A stretch of 64,000 nucleotides of DNA from a bacterium (GTDB lineage Bacteria > Actinomycetota > Acidimicrobiia > Acidimicrobiales > CATQHL01). The position numbers and the translations under genes were made by a program. The notes beneath the pieces are model-generated. The model saw only the letters and a list, made by a program, of their open reading frames with translations, had not been told where the DNA came from and ran no database searches. This document shows positions 17,733 to 27,525 of the stretch, piece after piece; positions within the stretch are counted from its first letter, which is position 1; each line of letters begins with the position of its first letter. The stretch covers positions 522 to 64,521 of the forward strand of contig JAPPDX010000107.1 in assembly GCA_028824415.1 (NCBI GenBank). Reading direction: 5' to 3'.

Positions 17733-18986
17733 ATGGTGAGCAGACGAGACCGAGCGCCGATCTTCGCCGGCTGCCTAGTGGCGGTGCTGATGATCGCCGC
17801 CGCGTGCAGCGACGATGGTGAGAGCCAGGTGGCGACGCTCACGGACACCAAGCCCCCGCCCCCGGTCGAGACGACCGAGACGGTGTCTCCCCCGGCTGCT
17901 GAGCCATCCCCGCCCGCCGAGCCGCCACCGTCCGCCGATGGGACGTCGCCCGACGAGTCCCCGGCGGAGGCGCCACCGCCCGCGGATGCCCCTCCGGCGG
18001 CCGAACCACAGCCGATGCCTGACGGTGACCTCGACGGGGCGGCCGTGGCCGCGCTGGTCGCGGCGGCCGATGCCGCGCAATCGGGTGTGACCTCCTCGCG
18101 GGAGCAGCTGTACCTCACGATGGAGTTGAGCTTCGGCGGCCAGTCCATGGCGAGCGTGAGCGACATTCCCTACGCGCTCTCCACCAACGTGGGCGGTTTG
18201 ACGCACATCCTGATCGACCAGTCGGCACTCGCCGCTCTCAGTGCCCTCGAGGACGGGATGGGTTCGGCCGGCCCCGCCCAACTGCCACCGATCGAGGCCA
18301 TCGTCGACGAGAACGCGCGGCAGATCTACGTCAAGCTCTCGTCTCTGGAGGCGTTGGGACCGGGAGAGCGGCCGCCCGTCCTCGACGAGCTGATCGCCCA
18401 AGGCAACGATGTCGCCACCCTGTGGGGGAGACCCGGCCTCGACGGTACGAGCGACGAGATCCTGCCCGGGTTGGGCCCCGGGGCGAGACCCGCTCTCGGA
18501 CAGTTCCTCGGCCTCTTGAAGGCGGCGTCGGACACCGGGAGCGTCCTGGCGGCCCAGAGCGTCGGACCGGCCGAGACGGCCGGTGTCGCCACCCGGGAGT
18601 ACACCTTCGAGGTCGATCTCGCAGCGCTCATCGGCCAGTGGCCGCCCTTCCTGGAGAGCTTCCTCGCCGGCCCCGGTGGCGGTGAGCCCCCGCCGCCGGA
18701 GCTCTTCAACTCGCTGACCTCGCCTCTCCTGTCCAATGTCACTGCCCACTTCGACAGTGGTGGCCTTGCACGGCAGGTGGGGTTCGACCTCGATCTCGGA
18801 GCGCTCCTGATGGCCGCATTCGCCGGCTTCGGCGAGATGGCGGACGCTCCCGAGGGCGCCGAAATCGATTTCCCCGAGATCGAGTACCGCCTGGCGATGC
18901 GTGTCGAGGCTCTCGCGATCAACGACCCGTCACTGGCCGTGTCGCTGCCCGACCCGTCACAGGTTGTCGACGTTCCCTTCCCCTAG
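17733..18986 (+). CDS. Lipoprotein, paralog 3 (with ~65-aa Pro/Ala/Glu-rich tether)
   Basis: ATG 17733 preceded by AAGGAG. FAGCLVAVLMIAAAC|SD, then LDGAAVAALVAAADAAQSGVTSS, ATREYTFEVDLAALIG and DPSLAVSLPDPSQVVDV. Confidence 0.7.
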   Translation: MVSRRDRAPIFAGCLVAVLMIAAACSDDGESQVATLTDTKPPPPVETTETVSPPAAEPSPPAEPPPSADGTSPDESPAEAPPPADAPPAAEPQPMPDGDLDGAAVAALVAAADAAQSGVTSSREQLYLTMELSFGGQSMASVSDIPYALSTNVGGLTHILIDQSALAALSALEDGMGSAGPAQLPPIEAIVDENARQIYVKLSSLEALGPGERPPVLDELIAQGNDVATLWGRPGLDGTSDEILPGLGPGARPALGQFLGLLKAASDTGSVLAAQSVGPAETAGVATREYTFEVDLAALIGQWPPFLESFLAGPGGGEPPPPELFNSLTSPLLSNVTAHFDSGGLARQVGFDLDLGALLMAAFAGFGEMADAPEGAEIDFPEIEYRLAMRVEALAINDPSLAVSLPDPSQVVDVPFP

Positions 18987-18994
18987 TCTCCTGT

Positions 18995-19015
18995 GCTCGC
19001 CCTCTCCGGGCGAGC
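18995..19015 (+). terminator. Hairpin after lipoprotein paralog 3
   Basis: GCTCGCCC-tctcc-GGGCGAGC, a perfect 8-bp stem 9 nt after the stop. No clear U-tract. Confidence 0.4.
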
Positions 19016-19093
19016 CGGGAGGCCTCGCCCTAGTGTGCGCCCGGGACAAGGCATCCCGACTCAATGCAGGCGGCACATAGTGAGGTGAGCCCT

Positions 19094-20695
19094 ATGGCAC
19101 GGGTTCTTGTCGCAGAACGCATCTCATCGGCGGGCCTCGATTTGCTCCGCGACGGGGGCCACGAGGTGGACGTGCGCCTCGGTATGAGTCCCGAGGAGCT
19201 TCTCGGAGCCGTGGCCGGCGCGCGGGCGCTGGTCATCCGCTCAGCCACACAGGTCACCGCCGATGTGTTGGAGGCCGGCAAGGATCTCGTCGTGGTGGGC
19301 CGCGCCGGCGTCGGTCTCGACAATGTCGACCTCGACGCCGCCACCCGCCTCGGCGTGACGGTGGTTAACGCACCGCTGTCGAACGTGTTGTCGGCGGCCG
19401 AGCACACCGTCGCGCTGATCCTGTCGCAGGCCCGCAACATCCCCCAGGCGCACGCCGCGTTGGTAGCGGGGCGCTGGGAGCGGGCGCAGTGGGAGGGCAT
19501 CGAACTGGCGGGCAAGACCCTCGGCATCGTCGGGCTCGGCCGGGTCGGCCGCCTCGTGGCCGAGCGCGTGGCCGGATTCGCCATGCTCACGCTGGGGCAC
19601 GATCCCTACGTGTCGGTCGAGCAGGCCCGTGAGTTGCGTATCGAACTGGTGAGTCTCCCCGAGCTGATGGCTCGCAGCGACTTCGTGACGCTGCACGTCG
19701 CCAGGACGCCCGAGACGATCGGCCTCATCGGGGCGGATCTCCTGGCGGAGGCCAAGCCCGGCATCCGGATCGTGAACGTCGCCCGCGGCGGACTCGTGGA
19801 CGAGGAGGCGCTGGCAGGGGCCCTGCGGTCAGGCCGGGTGGCAGGTGCCGCGCTGGACGTCTTCGACGGCGAGCCAATCGATTCGTCGCCGCTGTTCGGA
19901 CTTCCCGGAGTGGTGGTCACGCCACACCTGGGGGCGAGCACGGCAGAGGCCCAGCACCGGGCCGGGGTGAACATCGCCGAGCAGGTGCGAGATGCTTTGG
20001 CAGGTGGGTTCGTGCCGTTCGCCGTCAACATCGAGGCGCGTCAGGCGCCCGACATTCTGCGGCCCTACCTGCCGCTCTGCGAGCACATGGGCGGGATGCT
20101 GGCCGAGATCGTCGGCGGGCTGCCCGAGGCGGTGGAGTTGGAGTTCTGGGGTCACATCGGTGATCACGACCCCTCCATCGCACGTCTGGCCGTGCTTCGG
20201 GGCCTCCTGGCCACGGCTCGCCGGACCAACGTCACTTACGTGAACGCTCCCTTGATGGCCGCCGAGTCAGGTCTGCGAACCGTCACTCACAGCCACGTGG
20301 CCCCTCGCGACTTCCTCAACGAGGTGGTCGTGCGGGGCGGGGGGACCGAGTTGGTCGGCACGCTGCTGGGGGTGCGCGGCGATCCGTACGTCGTCAAGGT
20401 CAACGGCCTGGCGATCAACGTGCGCCCGTCGCGACACATGGTCATGATCACCAACGAGGACCGGCCCGGCGTCGTCGGGGTGGTCGGGACGATTCTCGGC
20501 GCCGCCGGCGTCAACATCGCGGACATGGTGCTGGACCGCACGGGCGGTGCCAGCTCCACCTCGCTGATCATGTTCTCGACGGACCGCCACGTCACCGAGG
20601 CCGTGGCGCAGCAATTGCGTGAGGCGCCCGGCGTCCTGACGGTGACGGTGATCCGCCTCGACACGATCGGTCAGGCAGGAGCGTCGGCACGCTGA
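19094..20695 (+). CDS. serA: D-3-phosphoglycerate dehydrogenase (long form with ASB + ACT domains)
   Basis: Start at ATG 19094 (MARVLVAERIS). NAD motif GIVGLGRVGRLVA, catalytic HLGAST, and a C-terminal ACT-like HMVMITNEDRPGVVGVVGTILG. Confidence 0.9.
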   Translation: MARVLVAERISSAGLDLLRDGGHEVDVRLGMSPEELLGAVAGARALVIRSATQVTADVLEAGKDLVVVGRAGVGLDNVDLDAATRLGVTVVNAPLSNVLSAAEHTVALILSQARNIPQAHAALVAGRWERAQWEGIELAGKTLGIVGLGRVGRLVAERVAGFAMLTLGHDPYVSVEQARELRIELVSLPELMARSDFVTLHVARTPETIGLIGADLLAEAKPGIRIVNVARGGLVDEEALAGALRSGRVAGAALDVFDGEPIDSSPLFGLPGVVVTPHLGASTAEAQHRAGVNIAEQVRDALAGGFVPFAVNIEARQAPDILRPYLPLCEHMGGMLAEIVGGLPEAVELEFWGHIGDHDPSIARLAVLRGLLATARRTNVTYVNAPLMAAESGLRTVTHSHVAPRDFLNEVVVRGGGTELVGTLLGVRGDPYVVKVNGLAINVRPSRHMVMITNEDRPGVVGVVGTILGAAGVNIADMVLDRTGGASSTSLIMFSTDRHVTEAVAQQLREAPGVLTVTVIRLDTIGQAGASAR

Positions 20696-20781
20696 GCGGC
20701 GCCGGAAAGCGAGGCGCGGACGCATTCAGCAGTTCCGCGAACAAAACCAGTGCGGTGCCGTCGCCCGGCACCAGCCCGGCC

Positions 20782-20973
20782 TCAGGCTCCGGACGACTCC
20801 TCGGTCGCGTCGCCGGCGGGCACGTCGCCCTCAAGCGGAGGCCACGGCTCGATCGAACCGGGATCCTGGTCCGCGTCGTCGCCCTCGCGCTTGTTCTTGA
20901 GCCACCGGACGGCGGCGGCCACGGCGGCGATGATCAACGCCCACTTGATCAGCCGCTTCAGGAATCGCCACAT
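20782..20973 (-). CDS. Small single-pass membrane protein with acidic tail (hypothetical)
   Basis: MWRFLKRLIKWALIIAAVAAAVRWLKNKREGDD... The start at M30 of ORF 20782..21060 was chosen by eye. No family recognised. Confidence 0.35.
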   Translation of the reverse strand: MWRFLKRLIKWALIIAAVAAAVRWLKNKREGDDADQDPGSIEPWPPLEGDVPAGDATEESSGA

Positions 20974-21071
20974 CGACGGGGAGTATAGCGAGCACATCGT
21001 CCGAGGTGGCCGGTGGACTGATCCGTCCCGAACGTTGACGAATTGCCCGCCTGCTGCCATGCTGTAGGTCG

Positions 21072-21107
21072 ATGCGCAGTCACGTTCACCTGCTGCTTCT
21101 TCTCTAG
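21072..21107 (+). CDS. leuA leader peptide (MRSHVHLLLLL*)
   Basis: An 11-codon ORF with five consecutive Leu codons (CTG CTG CTT CTT CTC) then TAG. It lies 90 nt upstream of leuA and is followed by two hairpins. Too short for the ORF track. Confidence 0.6.
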   Translation: MRSHVHLLLLL

Positions 21108-21139
21108 GGCGAGCGCCCGCATACCGGCGCTCGTCGACG

Positions 21140-21171
21140 AACCTCCTGCCTGAGGCAGGAGGTTTTTCTTT
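21140..21171 (+). terminator. Rho-independent terminator (attenuator) in the leuA leader
   Basis: AACCTCCTGCC-tga-GGCAGGAGGTT is a perfect 11-bp stem followed by TTTCTTT. It ends 25 nt before the leuA ATG. An upstream 10-bp hairpin sits at 21108-21117/21126-21135. Confidence 0.7.
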
Positions 21172-21196
21172 ACCTCGACAGAATCAGGAGAAGGCA

Positions 21197-22780
<1,584 letters not shown>

Positions 22781-22870
22781 CCGTCGCCGGGAGCCTCCTG
22801 CCCGGGGGTCCGCGCCTGTCCGGGCGGGGCCACCGGTGGCTGTCGGCGGCGCGTCTGGCGAAATCGCGCC

Positions 22871-22920
22871 GGCGCCACCCCCCGGCGTCCCCGCGCCTCA
22901 GTTGTCGGTGGCAACCCGGA
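22871..22920. repeat. Dispersed ~48-bp repeat, copy 1
   Basis: GGCGCCACC..GGCGTCCCCGCGCCTCAGTTGTCGGTGGCAACCCGG. The core CCTCAGTTGTCGGTGGC is identical to the copies at 43637 and 43729. Internal GCCACC/GGTGGC inverted pair. Confidence 0.7.
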
Positions 22921-22926
22921 TCGGGG

Positions 22927-24528
22927 CTAGGAGTGCTCGTCGCGCAGCCGGCGCTTGAGGATCTTGCCCTGGGTGTCCTTGGGCAGCGCGCCGATGATGT
23001 GGACCGCCTTGGGGACCTTGTAGCCCGCCAGTGAGGCGCGGCAGTGATCGATGATCTCGGAAGGTTCGGGCGATCGTCCGGCCTTGGGGACGACGAAGGC
23101 AGTCACGGCCTCGGACCAGTAGTCGTCGGGCAGTCCCACCACGGCGACCTCCATGAGCGCATCGTGGCCGTAGAGGGCCCGTTCCACCTCGACCGACGAC
23201 ACGTTCATGCCGCCGGTCTTGATCATGTCCTTCTTGCGGTCGACAAAGAAGAGGTTGCCGTCGGCGTCGATGCGGACGATGTCCTCGGTGTGCAGCCAGC
23301 CGTCGCGGAACGTCTCGGCGGTGCGCTCGGCGTCATCGAGGTAGCCGATCATCACCGACGGTGAGCGGCAGATCAGCTCGCCCACCTCGGCGTCGACGCC
23401 GTCGTCGTCCACGACGCGGATCTCCAACTGGGGGACAGGTTTGCCGATCCAGGAGGCGTCACCGCCGGGAATGTCCCCCAGTGACGAGAACCACCCGACC
23501 GTTCCCAACTGGCTCAACTCCGACTGGCCCCAGTAGGTCCCCCACGTAATCCCGGGCGAGGCCTCCTGCCAAGCGGTGATCATGTGGGAGGGGACGGTGC
23601 CTCCGTAGGTGATGCAACGCTGCAGCGCCGTCAGGTCGGCGTCACCGAACCCGGGCTGGGTCGTCATCGCAAGGAAGAACGTGGGTGTTTGCGCCATGTA
23701 GGTGACCTTCTCCGCGGCGATGATCCGTATCGCCGCGCCCGGGTCGACGGTGTGGGCCAGAACGATCTTGGCGCCGCAGTTGATGATCGAAGTCATGCTG
23801 CCGAGGCCGGCGATCGTGAAGAAGGGCATCACGAAGAGCCACACGACCCCCGGACCGAGATCGAGTGCGAGCGTCCAGGCCGGCGTTGTCGAGATCAGAT
23901 AGTTGCGGTGCGAGATCAGGACGCCTTTCGGGAACGCCGTCGTGCCGCTCGTGTAGACGAGCATGGCGACGTCGTCCTCCTGCACATCGCAGTCCGGTTC
24001 GGCGCCGTCGCCCTCCGAGACCAGCGACGAGAAGGCCAGCCAACCCGCCGGCGGCTCGGCAGCGTCGGCGCTGCTGTGCACGAGGTGCTCGACGCCTTGG
24101 AGCGCACCCGCCTCTCTGGTTGCTTCGATCCTGTCGCAAAAGACGTCCTCGGCCATCAGGATGCGGGGCCGGGCATGGTTCACCTGGTAGCTGATCTCCG
24201 TCGCGGTGAAGGTGAAGTTCAGTCCTGTGAGCGCCGCGCCCAGCTTCAGGGTGGCGAACCAGATGGTCATGTAGTCGACGCTGTTGCGGGACATCACGGC
24301 GACGACGTCACCTCGCCGGACACCCAGGGCCGCCAGCGAGTTGGCCACCCGGTTCACCCGGACATTGAGGTCGTCGTAGGTCATGACCGACCGTGAGCCG
24401 TCCGGGCCGTAGTAGACGATCGCCTCCCTGTCGGGGTTGTGTTGCGCGTGACGTCGCAGCTGATCGCCGATTGTCGCTCGTCCCAGCATTCGGTGGCGAG
24501 CGGTCGCGCCAACGGTGAGATCGGTCAT
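22927..24528 (-). CDS. Acyl-CoA synthetase / AMP-dependent ligase
   Basis: AMP-binding motif LVYTSGTTAFPKGV; also TGGMNVSSVEVE and GKILKRRLR. Start at ATG 24528 (MTDLTVG) preceded by GGTGGAG. Confidence 0.85.
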   Translation of the reverse strand: MTDLTVGATARHRMLGRATIGDQLRRHAQHNPDREAIVYYGPDGSRSVMTYDDLNVRVNRVANSLAALGVRRGDVVAVMSRNSVDYMTIWFATLKLGAALTGLNFTFTATEISYQVNHARPRILMAEDVFCDRIEATREAGALQGVEHLVHSSADAAEPPAGWLAFSSLVSEGDGAEPDCDVQEDDVAMLVYTSGTTAFPKGVLISHRNYLISTTPAWTLALDLGPGVVWLFVMPFFTIAGLGSMTSIINCGAKIVLAHTVDPGAAIRIIAAEKVTYMAQTPTFFLAMTTQPGFGDADLTALQRCITYGGTVPSHMITAWQEASPGITWGTYWGQSELSQLGTVGWFSSLGDIPGGDASWIGKPVPQLEIRVVDDDGVDAEVGELICRSPSVMIGYLDDAERTAETFRDGWLHTEDIVRIDADGNLFFVDRKKDMIKTGGMNVSSVEVERALYGHDALMEVAVVGLPDDYWSEAVTAFVVPKAGRSPEPSEIIDHCRASLAGYKVPKAVHIIGALPKDTQGKILKRRLRDEHS

Positions 24529-24539
24529 TGCTCCACCCT

Positions 24540-24965
24540 TCATCCGTCCTCGGTCGGCGGCGTCGCGGCGGGTCCAGCGGAGGCGGGTGGGCTGGGGCCG
24601 CGCGTCAGCCGTCTCGCCGCGGCGACGATCTCTTCGAGCTTCGAGCCCGGGGGGAAGACCTCGACGCCCCGGGCCTCGAGCCGGCGCCGCACCCATGGCG
24701 GCACCACGCCGCCGGCGAAGACGGGCACGCCGGGCGCAGCAACGGTCAGATCGTCAAGGATGCGCTCGACCACCTCGACCCGACCGCCCACGTTCAGGCC
24801 GACAAGGTCCGCGTCCTCGTCGACGGTCGCCGAAACGATGTCTTCGCCGCGGGCCATCCCGAGCATGATCACCTCGAACCCTGCGTCACGCAAGGCCCGC
24901 GAGACCAGCAGAGTGCCGCGCCAGTGACCGTCGAGGCCGGTCTTGGCGATGATGATTCTGCTCAC
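24540..24965 (-). CDS. Acyl-CoA mutase small subunit (B12-binding domain)
   Basis: IIIAKTGLDGHWRGTLLVSRALRDAGFEV contains the DxHxxG base-off/His-on motif. GTG 24965 overlaps the large-subunit stop (GTGA). This is only the last 141 codons of ORF 24540..26423. Confidence 0.85.
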   Translation of the reverse strand: MSRIIIAKTGLDGHWRGTLLVSRALRDAGFEVIMLGMARGEDIVSATVDEDADLVGLNVGGRVEVVERILDDLTVAAPGVPVFAGGVVPPWVRRRLEARGVEVFPPGSKLEEIVAAARRLTRGPSPPASAGPAATPPTEDG

Positions 24966-26578
24966 GGCCGGATCGGCGGTTCCCAGTCGCCCCAGACCTC
25001 GCGGAACACGCCGCCGATCTCGCCCAGCGTGACGTCGGCGTCCACGGCCTGCATTACCGGGCCCATGACGTTGCCGTCGGACCGGCAGACCCGCTCCAGT
25101 TCGTGCAGCGCGCGGCGCGCGGCGACACCGTCGCGGGAGGATCGCACCTCGGCGAGGCGCCCCATGGCTTGATCCCAGGCGTCGGTCGTGCCCTGGAAGC
25201 CGTCGATCTCGAAGGGGGTCTCGTCGATCTGGTGGCAGTTGACACCGACGATCAGCCGGTCGTCGTTCTCGACCTCGTCCCACTGCTCGGACTGACGCCG
25301 CGCCGCGCGCCTGTGCAACCAGCCCGAGTCGAGGGCCTCGATGAACCCTCCCTGTCCTTCGATCTCGGCGAAGGACTCCCAGGCGCGGGCCTCCAGTTCC
25401 GACGTGAGGGCCTCCAGGTAGTAGGAGCCGCCGAGCGGGTCCGCGACCGCGTCGATGCCGGTCTCGTGCTGCAGGATCTGCTGGATTCGCACCGACATCT
25501 GGTGGGCGTGTTCGGAGGGGATCGACAGGGCCTCGTCGTAGCAGGCCACTCCCAGGGATTGGACGCCCCCCAGGACCGAGGCCAGCGCCATGATCGTCCC
25601 GCGGGCGATGTTGTTGAGCGGCTGCTGGTAGGTGAGCGCCGATCCGGCCGTGACGACGTGGATGCGGAGTTGGCGGGCCTTCTCGTCCCCGATGCCGTAG
25701 CGCTGCTCGAGGAGGTCGGACCACATCTTGCGTGCCGCGCGCAGCTTGGCGATGTCCTCGAAGAAGTCCATGCCGACACGGAAGTTGACTCCTCCCACCT
25801 TGTGGGAGAGCTCCTCGGGCCTGTAGCGGCCCCGGTCTGCGAGAGCGTCGAGGTACTCCACGGCGGTGGCGAACACGGTCGCCAACTCGTCCGGCGCGGA
25901 GAGCCCGCTGTCGGCACCGTTGTACCCGGCGATGGACACCGGTACCCAGCGGGGAAGGTTCTCCAGGCAGAACTCGGTGATGTCGTTGTTGAGGCGGAGA
26001 CCGGCCCGCGGGGGGATCTGCTGCTTGGTGATGCAGCCCACGTAGGTCAGGAAGAAGTCGCTCTGACCGGTACCCGCCAGCTGTCGCAGGTCGATGCCAC
26101 GACGCTTCGCCACGGTCCAGTAGCAGGCCAGGGCGAACGGGGCGTGCTGCACGACCGCTCCGCCCGGGTGGGTGTAGATCTCTTCGATCGGGATGCCCTC
26201 GAGGATCGTCTCGTAGTCGCGCACGCCGATGATGACCGCCCCTGTCAGCCCGACGTCCTCGCGGCGCGCCACCACTTCGGGATGGTCCACGTCGTAGAGG
26301 TGATCCGCGGTGTTGCGGTCGTGCTCCATGATGATGCCGCCCTCGCCCTGCCGGAGCAGGAACAGGAGGCGCTCGCGTTCGTCGGCAGGGTTGCCGAAGC
26401 CGCTGAGTTGGAAGATGCGCCACGGCTTCGTGCGGTACATCCCCTCGTAGGCACCGCGTACGAACGGGGCGCGTCCCGGGCCGGCCTCCAGCGCACCATG
26501 AACGGACTTGGGCACGTCGTCGGGCCCGTAGCAGCCCTTGATGGGGATACCCGAGGCGGTGAGGCGATCGTCGGTCAC
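24962..26578 (-). CDS. Methylmalonyl-CoA-mutase-family large subunit, divergent (substrate unknown)
   Basis: FVRGAYEGMYRTKPWRIFQLSGFG, GTGQSD, VSIAGYNGADSG and NIARGTIMALASVLGG align by eye to the MCM TIM-barrel. Substrate-contact positions differ (see findings). Confidence 0.85.
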   Translation of the reverse strand: MTDDRLTASGIPIKGCYGPDDVPKSVHGALEAGPGRAPFVRGAYEGMYRTKPWRIFQLSGFGNPADERERLLFLLRQGEGGIIMEHDRNTADHLYDVDHPEVVARREDVGLTGAVIIGVRDYETILEGIPIEEIYTHPGGAVVQHAPFALACYWTVAKRRGIDLRQLAGTGQSDFFLTYVGCITKQQIPPRAGLRLNNDITEFCLENLPRWVPVSIAGYNGADSGLSAPDELATVFATAVEYLDALADRGRYRPEELSHKVGGVNFRVGMDFFEDIAKLRAARKMWSDLLEQRYGIGDEKARQLRIHVVTAGSALTYQQPLNNIARGTIMALASVLGGVQSLGVACYDEALSIPSEHAHQMSVRIQQILQHETGIDAVADPLGGSYYLEALTSELEARAWESFAEIEGQGGFIEALDSGWLHRRAARRQSEQWDEVENDDRLIVGVNCHQIDETPFEIDGFQGTTDAWDQAMGRLAEVRSSRDGVAARRALHELERVCRSDGNVMGPVMQAVDADVTLGEIGGVFREVWGDWEPPIRP

Positions 26579-26598
26579 GTCGTCGTCCCTCGCGGCTC

Positions 26599-27525
26599 TC
26601 AGGTGTTCGGCACCGCTATTTCACCGGACGGGAAGGCAACCACCGACCCGAAGTCACCCGGACCGATCATCGTGGGCGACGTGTTGGCCAGCATGAGCAG
26701 GCCTCCGGTGCGCTCGATGGCGAAGTCCTCAAGCCTCTCGCCGGTGGCGGGACAGTCCAGCCGTGCCACCCATCCTGCCTCGATCGGCTGCCCTACCTCG
26801 GCGGTCGGGTAGCGGGACGTCAATACGCCGACCTGCGACGGCATGTAGAGGCTCACGTCCCCGTCGATGAGCGGGACGGTGCGCGGCCCAGTCGACCTTC
26901 CATCCAGTTGACCTCGGTAGCGCAGCACGTTGAGGCAGCCTTCCACACCGACGCTCGGGTCGCCCAGAGCACCCCCACCAAACTCCACGAGAGCGGCGGT
27001 GCCCCCGGCGTCCGCGATCGCCTTGCAGAGTTGGCCGGGCTGGGCGAAGTTGCAGACCACGGGCGTGTAGCCGAAGGATGCCGTGAACTCGGGGTTCCCG
27101 TAGTCGTAGGAGTACCAGAGGGCCATCGTGGGCGTTCCCGAGTGCAGGTCCACCACGCAGTCGGTCAGATCGGTGAGTGTGCCGATGAGGGTAGCGGCGA
27201 CCTGGTTGGTCAGGAATCCCCCCGGCGCGCCGGGAAACACCCTGTTGAGGTAGAGGTGGTCGGGGCTGACCCGGGTGCCCACCTCGAGTGCCGGCGGGTT
27301 GGCGGCGGGACAGAGCACGACGGTGCCGGCGAGATCCTCCGATGCCTCGATCCGCCGGAGCAGGCCCCAGAGGGCCATGACGCCAAGCGGCTTGTCGCCG
27401 AAGATCCCCGACACGAAGGCCGTCGTCGGCCCCGGGCGCGAGCCTTTGACCTCGATGAAGCGGAGGTGCCAGGGCTGACCGTCAGCTCGGCGGCCGACTT
27501 CCACAGTCCAGGTGCGAACGCTCAT
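26599..27525 (-). CDS. Succinylglutamate desuccinylase/aspartoacylase (AstE/AspA)-family protein, atypical
   Basis: Start at ATG 27525 (MSVRTWTVEV) overlaps the upstream stop (ATGA). Family-like TAFVSGIFGDKPLG and CVVDLHSGT. The usual HGxE reads FGDK here. Confidence 0.7.
   Translation of the reverse strand: MSVRTWTVEVGRRADGQPWHLRFIEVKGSRPGPTTAFVSGIFGDKPLGVMALWGLLRRIEASEDLAGTVVLCPAANPPALEVGTRVSPDHLYLNRVFPGAPGGFLTNQVAATLIGTLTDLTDCVVDLHSGTPTMALWYSYDYGNPEFTASFGYTPVVCNFAQPGQLCKAIADAGGTAALVEFGGGALGDPSVGVEGCLNVLRYRGQLDGRSTGPRTVPLIDGDVSLYMPSQVGVLTSRYPTAEVGQPIEAGWVARLDCPATGERLEDFAIERTGGLLMLANTSPTMIGPGDFGSVVAFPSGEIAVPNT

Noticed and set aside
24540-26423. 627-aa minus-strand ORF spanning the mutase region
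   Set aside because: Only its last 141 codons (from GTG 24965) make sense, as the B12-binding subunit with DxHxxG. The upstream part is an out-of-frame shadow of the large-subunit gene (24962-26578).
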